From NCBI RefSeq assembly GCF_018881815.1, contig NZ_JACVPP010000001.1, forward strand, positions 408,979 through 431,351: a stretch of 22,373 bases of DNA, read 5' to 3'. Numbering within the stretch: the first letter of the stretch is position 1; each line of letters opens with the position of its first letter. Source of the stretch: Polynucleobacter sp. MWH-HuK1. GTDB lineage: Bacteria > Pseudomonadota > Gammaproteobacteria > Burkholderiales > Burkholderiaceae. Shown in pieces: positions 7,631 to 13,361 of this stretch. The translations under genes and the position numbers were made by a program. The notes beneath the pieces were generated by a model. The model was not told the DNA's origin. It did not search any database and worked only from the letters and a program-made list of their open reading frames with translations.

Positions 7631-8419
7631 TTAGGCCGCTTTGGCAAGTTTTGCTTCAGCATCGTTAGCCGCATCTACAACTCGTTTTGCTTCGGCTGTA
7701 ACCTCTTGTTGCTTTGAGTACATTGCCGCAAATGCCGCCTTTACGACGCTGGCATTACGAATCACGACTTTGATATCAAATCCACCCTGACTGTTTTGCT
7801 CTGCTAGCAATACACAGGTATCACCCATGAAATCAGCATCAGCTGTCAGCGAAAGCATTTCGGAGCTGGCAGTACCAAGGGCTTTCATGTTGTCAAAGTG
7901 CTCCTTTGCCATTTCTGCCTTATCAGCCATGCTTACAAAGGTTTCGCTTTGTCCCAGCTTGATTTCTTGAACGCCACCCTCTTTTTCAATCCAATCCGCT
8001 AGCTCTAAGTAAGGCACATTTAATTTTTGTGCTTTACGTAAAACGATGGAATAGGTGCTTAGGCGTCGTCTATCAACATCTCCAAATACAGCACGAATTA
8101 CGCGGGTAATTAATGGCTTGGTTTTGTTGTACTTATAGTTGCGTGATTTATAAAACTTCTCAAGCGAAGCCAAACGAGCTTTAGCGTCTCCAATTGATAG
8201 CTCTCCGCAAAACTGTAAGCATTGGGCTAGCACTTGATATAGAGCTTGATTACTTGTTCTATATGCGCCTTCTTCCCATGTAATACGACTTTCTTCCATA
8301 GCGTATAAGAGCTTGGTAGAAGTTGAGGCAATCGTAGCCTTACGAGCCTTCTTTTGTTTGTCGTTTAAAACGACTTTATTTGTTGCTGTTGTTTCTACTG
8401 CGTTAGTTAATGTATTCAT
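7631..8419 (-). CDS. Hypothetical protein (262 aa), predicted mostly helical
   Basis: A good AGGAGA Shine-Dalgarno (rc of 8427-8432) precedes the start. The N-terminus is basic (KQKKARKAT) and the C-terminus is Ala/Lys-rich. I recognise no family. Confidence 0.7.
   Translation of the reverse strand: MNTLTNAVETTATNKVVLNDKQKKARKATIASTSTKLLYAMEESRITWEEGAYRTSNQALYQVLAQCLQFCGELSIGDAKARLASLEKFYKSRNYKYNKTKPLITRVIRAVFGDVDRRRLSTYSIVLRKAQKLNVPYLELADWIEKEGGVQEIKLGQSETFVSMADKAEMAKEHFDNMKALGTASSEMLSLTADADFMGDTCVLLAEQNSQGGFDIKVVIRNASVVKAAFAAMYSKQQEVTAEAKRVVDAANDAEAKLAKAA
8360..8374. repeat. Island palindrome copy C, inside CDS 7631-8419
   Basis: gtcgtttaaaacgac encodes VVLND at codons 16-20 of the minus-strand gene. 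Confidence 0.8.
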
Positions 8420-8464
8420 TTTTACTTCTCCTGTGTGTATATAAAGGTATGGTTGCTTGTTAAG

Positions 8465-8520
8465 AAATTTAACCGCTTGGCCATGACTCTATTAGGCCTT
8501 TTTTTGATAAACTTAACCGC
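8465..8520. promoter_or_regulatory. Direct 12-mer repeat in the divergent promoter region
   Basis: aaatttaaccgc (8465-8476) and aaacttaaccgc (8509-8520) match at 11 of 12 positions and are offset by 44 bp. They lie between the divergent starts at 8419 and 8557. Confidence 0.4.
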
Positions 8521-8556
8521 ATACAAACTAATTAAAGTAATTTGGATGTTAAGAAA

Positions 8557-9312
8557 ATGTTAAGAAGATTCCTTGCCCAGCACCCAACATTTGGAACAAA
8601 GAACAATCCACGCTCTTTGTCATACCAACAACAAAGCCCTTATTACTGGTGGTGGGCTTATTTGCGTCGTAATGAGGACTACTTAAAGTGCTGTGAAAAA
8701 AGCGGCAAAGGAAAGTTCGCAAAACTCTATAAAGACTTTGGAGATGTAAGAGAAGATAACTTTAAGAAATGGTGGACGGAGGAACAGCGAGGCGCCAATC
8801 TATTTTCTGAACAAGCGGGGTTAATGACGCTAATCGAACTTGAAGATAAAAGCCAATGGGATGAAGCTTGGACTAAAGACAATGTACTGATAATTGCGGC
8901 GCCTCTTACATCTAGCAAAAGATATCTTCAAAGCAGATTTGCTCGATTATTGAAAGAGCGACATACCGCTAAACGAGGAAGAACAGCCAAGAAGCTGGAA
9001 GCTAGCAATGCCAACTATCCCCTCGAAAGAAATTACACAATAGAGAATTTGAGAAAGACACTTCAGGTTTACGACGAATATGTTCGCACTAGGGCTGATG
9101 TTAAGAAAGTACCGCTATGGAAGGTTGGGGAGAACCTCCGATTAGTGCCTACTGCCATGACCTCTTCAAAGTTAATGGCAGATGAAAACTTTTTAAGAAG
9201 AAACGTCATGGGCGCAACTGTTAAGCGTTATCTAAAAAATGCTGAAAGATATATCAATGGTGCGGCACAGGGAAAATTCCCTGTATCAACAAAAGTCGTT
9301 TCAAACGACTAA
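8557..9312 (+). CDS. Hypothetical protein with a Trp-rich YYWWWAYLRRNEDY motif (DUF6499-like N-terminus?)
   Basis: The track start is TTG 8542; I prefer ATG 8557 (MLRRFLAQ...). The motif recalls the W-x-FLRRNP-x-Y signature of a domain seen in ICE/island regulators. That assignment is from memory and unverified. Confidence 0.6.
   Translation: MLRRFLAQHPTFGTKNNPRSLSYQQQSPYYWWWAYLRRNEDYLKCCEKSGKGKFAKLYKDFGDVREDNFKKWWTEEQRGANLFSEQAGLMTLIELEDKSQWDEAWTKDNVLIIAAPLTSSKRYLQSRFARLLKERHTAKRGRTAKKLEASNANYPLERNYTIENLRKTLQVYDEYVRTRADVKKVPLWKVGENLRLVPTAMTSSKLMADENFLRRNVMGATVKRYLKNAERYINGAAQGKFPVSTKVVSND
9294..9310. repeat. Island palindrome copy D, spanning two convergent stop codons
   Basis: agtcgttt-c-aaacgact encodes KVVSND-stop of 8557-9312 and overlaps the stop of 9309-9875. 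A second palindrome, acagggaa-aa-ttccctgt, lies just upstream (about 9267-9284). Confidence 0.8.
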
Positions 9313-9875
9313 ACCAATTCAACCGCCGCTTTAAGTTGAGTTGGACTTGAATATAGATAGCTAGCAGTAGTGCTGATGTTTCTATGCCCTGCCAAGCTTT
9401 TTAATATATGGATTGCTGTACCTTTATTGGCAAGGCCAGTTAGAAAGCTACGTCTTCCGCTATGACTACTCGCACCATCTAAGCCTACGTTGCGATATAG
9501 GTAAAAGAAGTACTGGGCTAGGGAGTTAGCTGAGAAACCTGCTTGTTTCTGCGTGTAGAACAAAGGCTTGCCGGCATCCCTAATGCGAAGTAGACGCAAA
9601 TACTGGCCAATCTCTTTGCGCATACGTTCATTAAGGTAAACAGTACGGGCATGTTTACCCTTGGTTTGTTCGGGCAATAAACGTACTTCATCCTTAATCG
9701 TGTTATCGCTGTTTAAAACGTCGTTTATGCGTAGGGCGGCAACTTCACCTACCCGCATACCCGCGTAATGCGTAAGTAGCAACATAGCGCGATTACGTGC
9801 GCTGTGCCTACGTGTAGCAACATGGTCTAAAACTCTACGTAGCTCTTGTGGGTTTAAAACTCTAGCTTGTGACAT
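9309..9875 (-). CDS. Small tyrosine recombinase, catalytic domain only (188 aa; FimB/FimE-sized)
   Basis: The protein has HSARNRAMLLLTHYAGMRVGEVAALRINDV (box I Arg), HSGRRSF (HxxR) and LAGHRNISTTASYLY (His/Tyr). There is no N-terminal core-binding domain. A GGGAGA Shine-Dalgarno precedes the start. Confidence 0.85.
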   Translation of the reverse strand: MSQARVLNPQELRRVLDHVATRRHSARNRAMLLLTHYAGMRVGEVAALRINDVLNSDNTIKDEVRLLPEQTKGKHARTVYLNERMRKEIGQYLRLLRIRDAGKPLFYTQKQAGFSANSLAQYFFYLYRNVGLDGASSHSGRRSFLTGLANKGTAIHILKSLAGHRNISTTASYLYSSPTQLKAAVELV

Positions 9876-10835
9876 ACGTTCTCCCTGAAATGTAATAAAT
9901 ACAGAGCTACAGTATGTTTTCTTATGTTTGGTTAGAGCAACCGAAAATGGCTAAGTAAGAACCTTCCAAAATTCAAAGACTTAGCTGATTTCATAATCTT
10001 TTACATATTAGATTATGTTTTCGTGGCATTTTCGCCACGAACTTTCATGAAGTATTTATAAGCCCTACAAGCTGTTTGATTTCGGGTTCTGCTACCCAAG
10101 TAAGCGAAAGCTTCTAATCATCGCTTAAACGAAGGATTTACCCTGAATGGGTCTACAGCTATTAAATTTCTGGGCTACGAAAAATTAATAGGTAGCTGAA
10201 GCTTTTCGGGTGGTGATTTTCTACCTATACCCCCTTAGTAGTAAGCGAGCTAACACTCGCTTGTGATTTCGCTTGTCGCTCATCACATTTCTTTCTTCTT
10301 AAATTGTTTGTATTGGCTTTCTCTAGATTCAACCTACACTGAGCCTTAAGCAACAGGCTCAGTTATAGAGAAGAAATAAGGAAAAGGACTTTCTCTGAGT
10401 TCTTTACTACACCACTTAGGGCACAACCCAATTGGGTAAGGGCGGTTTTGCTGTCTCCTTTTATGTGCGGCCGTAAAACGCAACAATGACATCAGCATTA
10501 AGTGGCTACCAATGTCTTGTTCGCAAGTTGCTGTGTAAGCAGGGCTTGCTCGTGATTCATTTAATCTTTGTGCTGAAACATTCTTGTATCAATTAGTAAG
10601 CAACTCTAATGGCGTCCTGTAAAGGATAGTGATACTAAGTCTCTGCTACTGCCCAGAATTTCCATCACTGCGACTCTAAGTCCAGCTTTAGGGTGACATA
10701 ACGACTGGGTGTCACTGCCCTTGTTTCAGTAGTAATTTATAAAGTTATTTAGCAAAACCTAATAAAAGAAGAGTAGAAATGAATGTGATTATTAGGTATA
10801 TGTGGCTTTTGGCATAAAGAGGTTGCTCTTTCGAA
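9876..10835. other. 960-bp ORF-free region rich in local hairpins (candidate invertible switch, large ncRNA, ori or decayed DNA)
   Basis: The track shows no ORF of 60 aa or more in any frame. Hairpins occur at 9992-10017, 10021-10040, 10243-10262 and 10338-10363. The hexamer gtaagc occurs 4 times (10100, 10241, 10535, 10596). A 9-bp inverted repeat, agagcaacc (9934-9942) and ggttgctct (10821-10829), brackets the region. Confidence 0.5.
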
Positions 10836-10883
10836 ATGGCCGACAATAAATTAACTGTGCCCATTCACACAAAGGAGAAAACG

Positions 10884-11321
10884 ATGAGCACACTTAATAG
10901 TTTGAAATTAGTAAATTCTAAAAAACCAACCGCAATTCCACCCATCCTTCATCGCCGTAATAAGCTAGGTTCTAAGGTATGGGAGCAAATTCAGCTAGCC
11001 AAAGCGCAAAAGGAAGGCGGTACTTTTACTGTTAAGAAATTCAAAACAGTGAAAGACTACGACGGCTCGCGTAAGAATATTGAAATTGAAAAGCGTATAC
11101 GCCAGTGGTGGTACGTGGCGGCTGACGGCAAGGTTTGCTTAAACATTCGCTATGGGGCAAAAATTATTGAATTTGCCAAAGGTAAAACTGCCGTAGAGGT
11201 GGGCTCAGGCGAAGAGCTTATTAAGGCACTTGAGATTATTAAAGGCGCTGTAGAAGCTGGCGAACTCGATACCCAAATTGAACAGGCTAGTGGGGCTGTT
11301 CGAGCTGGGTTTGGCCGTTAA
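10884..11321 (+). CDS. Hypothetical island protein (145 aa), DUF6641-like by recollection
   Basis: An AGGAGA Shine-Dalgarno at 10873-10878 favours ATG 10884 (MSTLNSLK...) over the track's 10836. The pattern RRNKL...EQIQLAKAQ...KRIRQWW...IRYGAKIIEFAKGK..VEV...ELDTQIE resembles a family seen in proteobacterial islands. That resemblance is unverified. Confidence 0.7.
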   Translation: MSTLNSLKLVNSKKPTAIPPILHRRNKLGSKVWEQIQLAKAQKEGGTFTVKKFKTVKDYDGSRKNIEIEKRIRQWWYVAADGKVCLNIRYGAKIIEFAKGKTAVEVGSGEELIKALEIIKGAVEAGELDTQIEQASGAVRAGFGR

Positions 11322-11328
11322 CTTGGAG

Positions 11329-11345
11329 TGTCGTTTAAAACGACA
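11329..11345. repeat. Island palindrome copy F
   Basis: tgtcgttt-a-aaacgaca lies between the stop at 11321 and the real terminator at 11357-11399. Confidence 0.8.
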
Positions 11346-11356
11346 AATGATGAATA

Positions 11357-11399
11357 CAGAGCTAATGCTATTGCTAATGGTATTAGCTCTGCTCTTTTT
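11357..11399 (+). terminator. Intrinsic terminator
   Basis: cagagctaat (11357-11366) pairs with attagctctg (11382-11391), followed by ctcttttt. Confidence 0.7.
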
Positions 11400-11409
11400 G
11401 GAGGATTGA

Positions 11410-11559
11410 ATGAAAACATTTGAAGCTTATGTACGAATACAGCCTCAGGGTTGGGTTGTGAAAACTCAGGTAGTTGCAGATAACAGTCAAGATGCTTATT
11501 TTTTATTACAAGGACAGTATGGCGCTGGCAATATAGTTCACTTGCCGTCTGAGGTTTAA
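11410..11559 (+). CDS. Small hypothetical protein (49 aa), below the ORF-track cutoff
   Basis: A GGAGGA Shine-Dalgarno at 11400-11405 lies 4 nt before ATG 11410. The ORF reads MKTFEAYVRIQPQGWVVKTQVVADNSQDAYFLLQGQYGAGNIVHLPSEV and stops at 11557-11559. Confidence 0.5.
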   Translation: MKTFEAYVRIQPQGWVVKTQVVADNSQDAYFLLQGQYGAGNIVHLPSEV

Positions 11560-11610
11560 GAATTTATTTGTAAATGGGTCTCTCGCTAAATATATTAAAA
11601 GGAGAGACTC

Positions 11611-12018
11611 ATGAAAGTTAAAGAAGTCACAAACCCTGAAGAGCAGTTAGGGTTGCTAAGGGTAATTATTGATAACACTTGGAGTGCCATCCAACAGCAG
11701 GCAGATGCCCATGCTAGGCAGAAAGCATCGCAACCACTTGCGAAACCAAAAGCTAAAGCTCCCAAGCCACCCAAGAAAGCCCCGCATGTCCCAAAACCAC
11801 AGCCTCTAGCAAAGCCCAAGGCTCCTTATCCAGCCATGCCACAGCCAGCAATGAAAAGTACTATCGGTAGAGCAGTCTATAAACAGCCTCAACCCAGTAT
11901 TGGCGCCCCAAAACAAACGGCGACTAGTCCTTCTAATCAGCCGAACGCTTCACTATCCAGTTTAGAGAAAGACGAAATGCTCAGCCTCCCTCGTGGAGCT
12001 TTGCCAAAACCGCTCTAG
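11611..12018 (+). CDS. Hypothetical protein with a Pro/Lys-rich low-complexity centre
   Basis: An AAGGAGA Shine-Dalgarno precedes the start, and KPKAKAPKPPKKAPHVPKPQPLAKPKAPYP forms the centre. The Shine-Dalgarno lies in the 3' arm of a hairpin (gtctctc 11578-11584 pairs with gagagac 11602-11608). Confidence 0.65.
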   Translation: MKVKEVTNPEEQLGLLRVIIDNTWSAIQQQADAHARQKASQPLAKPKAKAPKPPKKAPHVPKPQPLAKPKAPYPAMPQPAMKSTIGRAVYKQPQPSIGAPKQTATSPSNQPNASLSSLEKDEMLSLPRGALPKPL

Positions 12019-12162
12019 TGATTCAAAAGCGCGGTTTACATGGAGATTCATATGCTTTATTGATTGACAGAATAAAGCGCAGACAGGCATAGTGAAAATG
12101 AATAAGGATTAATTACATTTAGTAGAATGATTTTCATTCATTACACATAAATTGGAGCGGGC

Positions 12163-12972
12163 ATGGCAAAGGCACCAGCAAAAAAGACTGCTGTTAAAAA
12201 ACCGACTAAGAAGGTAGTTATTAAAAAGCCTAAGCCGTTAGCTCTAAAAAAGCCTGTTGCTAAAGCGCCTGCCAAGAAGGCTGTCAAAAAATCAACAACA
12301 CCTGATTACTTTAAGTTGCCATTTGAGGTTTATTACAGCGACCATGTGGGCGTTAATCAGATGGAGTTTAAGTCCGACGTAAAGTGCAAGTCATTTAGGG
12401 ATGTGAAGGTGGTACATCAAGAGCAAGGCGGCTCTTGGGGTCTTTCGCTTTATTGCCCCAAAAATAATGGGCCAGAACTTTACTGCTGTTTAACCAATGG
12501 CCATGATGAGGTTCAGCCAGAATGGTTGGATTATCTTGACGAGGAAAATATAGATTTCAACTCTGGAACTAACTATAAGGTTGTCGTAGAGGGGAATGAA
12601 ATTAGATTTGAATATCTAACTGACGATGAAGAAGACGAAGATTCAGAGGAATATCTCGATATCGATAATATGGATTATTGCTGTAGTTATACATTTATGA
12701 CTTATGAGTTGGGAGATAGTTGTCCAGACTACATAATTCTTGATGCTGATGACACAAGAATTAAAGTTAATTTAGATGGTTATTTGCTGGATGAAAACGA
12801 CGACGCTACAGAAGAGCAAATTATCGATGTAGAAAAATTGATTGAGAGTGATGAGTTGTCAGACTACGAAGTTGACGAGCTTTGGGATGCCAAAAATAAA
12901 TGGGTTGAATCCATTCTGAAGAAAGATTTTCCAAAAGATACAAATCTGTCTTTATCTTTCAAGACAAAATAA
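12163..12972 (+). CDS. Bipolar protein: histone-H1-like Lys/Ala-rich N-terminus plus a Cys-containing, strongly acidic C-terminal region
   Basis: The N-terminal ~45 aa are AKAPAKKTAVKKPTKKVVIKKPKPLALKKPVAKAPAKKAVKK. The C-terminal part has DDEEDEDSEEYLDIDNMDY and DENDDATEEQIIDVEKLIESDELSDYEVDELWD. Confidence 0.75.
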   Translation: MAKAPAKKTAVKKPTKKVVIKKPKPLALKKPVAKAPAKKAVKKSTTPDYFKLPFEVYYSDHVGVNQMEFKSDVKCKSFRDVKVVHQEQGGSWGLSLYCPKNNGPELYCCLTNGHDEVQPEWLDYLDEENIDFNSGTNYKVVVEGNEIRFEYLTDDEEDEDSEEYLDIDNMDYCCSYTFMTYELGDSCPDYIILDADDTRIKVNLDGYLLDENDDATEEQIIDVEKLIESDELSDYEVDELWDAKNKWVESILKKDFPKDTNLSLSFKTK

Positions 12973-12990
12973 TGTCGTTCAAAACGACAT
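12972..12990. repeat. Island palindrome copy G, at the right end of the island
   Basis: atgtcgttcaaaacgacat has 8-bp arms and starts on the last base of the stop codon of 12163-12972. Confidence 0.8.
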
Positions 12991-13031
12991 GCCAAGTAGA
13001 AATGGTTGGTGGCAGGCACAGGAGTCAAACT

Positions 13032-13146
13032 AATTTTTGACTGACACATATATGTTTTGAGCTTGCGCACAGTTTTTACACGCTAAGGCAACTTTCTGAT
13101 TACGCTCGAAATTTTGACCGGCACATTAAGTAAATTTTGCGCACGA
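13032..13146 (+). repeat. Imperfect direct repeat units at the right island end
   Basis: aatttttgactgacacat (13032-13049) resembles aaattttgaccggcacat (13109-13126), and ttgcgcac occurs at both 13063-13070 and 13137-13144. The period is about 75-77 bp. Confidence 0.5.
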
Positions 13147-13153
13147 AATGTCT

Positions 13154-13250
13154 GGGGTGGTGTAACCAGTTGAAATCAAAGCGAAAGCGGTCTATCGGAG
13201 GATATTTGAAAATCCTTGTGTCGGTGGTTCGATTCCGCCCCGGGCCACCA
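13154..13250 (+). pseudogene. tRNA-like remnant: well-formed 3' half (13199-13250) without a matching 5' acceptor strand
   Basis: The T-arm is ggtgg-ttcgatt-ccgcc (13223-13239), followed by acceptor 3' strand ccgggcc, discriminator a and CCA ending at 13250. The anticodon-like stem aggat/atcct (13199-13216) closes an 8-nt loop, atttgaaa. The best upstream partner, ggggtgg (13154-13160), gives two G-G mismatches. Confidence 0.55.
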
Positions 13251-13260
13251 AACTCAAATA

Positions 13261-13291
13261 ATGCCCTGCCTTATGCGGGGCATTTTCTTTT
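13261..13291 (+). terminator. Intrinsic terminator after the tRNA-like remnant
   Basis: atgccctgc-cttat-gcggggcat forms a 9-bp stem including one G-U pair, followed by tttcttttg. Confidence 0.65.
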
Positions 13292-13361
13292 GGGCTGGCG
13301 GATGAGCATGCTTCTTTAAAATTAAATATTGAGTCAAAAGCTTATTAATAAAGGTGAAGAT

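Larger units (their letters stand above)
4136..13198. mobile_element. Integrative genomic island of about 9 kb (boundaries approximate)
   Basis: It lies between module F2 and the tRNA-like remnant. It carries two tyrosine recombinases, mostly unrecognisable ORFs, an island-restricted palindrome family and terminal repeat clusters. The 10-mer acacatatat occurs at both 4235-4244 and 13044-13053. Confidence 0.7.

Noticed and set aside
5372-8374. Shufflon-like in-frame N-terminal swapping between int and the 7631-8419 gene by inversion between copies B and C
   Set aside because: I checked the frames. The motif G is at codon position 2 in int (tGT CGT TTT AAA CGA) but at position 1 in the other gene (GTC GTT TTA AAC GAC). 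The fusion would be out of frame and would stop after a few codons.
5315-8918. ORFs 5315-5539, 5675-5911 and 5960-6172 (antisense to int), 7353-7556 (alternate frame of the AAA+ gene) and 8727-8918
   Set aside because: They are fully embedded in better-supported genes and have no independent signals.
10486-10596. The 36-aa ORF inside the ORF-free region
   Set aside because: It has no Shine-Dalgarno and a hydrophobic or Cys-rich arbitrary-looking product. ORFs of this size are expected by chance in AT-rich DNA.
12054-12093. Promoter call from a perfect TTGACA (12064-12069) with CATAGT 18 nt downstream, ahead of the H1-like gene
   Set aside because: The -35 hexamer sits in the loop of a gctttatt/aataaagc hairpin and the -10 is weak. 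It is plausible but too uncertain to list as a feature.
4215-12990. The GTCGTTT-N-AAACGAC palindromes as ordinary rho-independent terminators
   Set aside because: The loop would be only 1-3 nt, the stems are AT-rich, and no T-run follows. Three copies are inside CDSs, and copy F is followed by a separate genuine terminator.
11595-13070. ORFs 11595-11819 (minus) and 12864-13070 (minus)
   Set aside because: They are antisense to the Pro/Lys-rich and H1-like genes. Gly/Ala/Cys-rich translation of a Pro/Lys-rich sense strand is the expected mirror artefact.
13199-13250. tmRNA (ssrA) 3' end as the identity of the tRNA-like piece
   Set aside because: The acceptor 3' strand ccgggcc would require a 5' ggcccgg, which lacks the G3-U70 alanine identity pair. 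No tmRNA-like 5' end, tag-coding region or pseudoknots are visible upstream.
13137-13319. The 60-aa ORF across the tRNA-like remnant and its terminator
   Set aside because: It is read through an RNA-like element and a terminator hairpin, and it has no Shine-Dalgarno.
2824-13361. Track start codons at 2824 (GTG), 8542 (TTG), 10836 (ATG) and 13329 (TTG)
   Set aside because: Downstream ATGs at 2860, 10884 and 13362 have better context (outside the terminator hairpin, or with a proper Shine-Dalgarno and a family-typical N-terminus). ATG 8557 has no clear Shine-Dalgarno and is preferred only as an ATG over the TTG. The longer versions remain possible.
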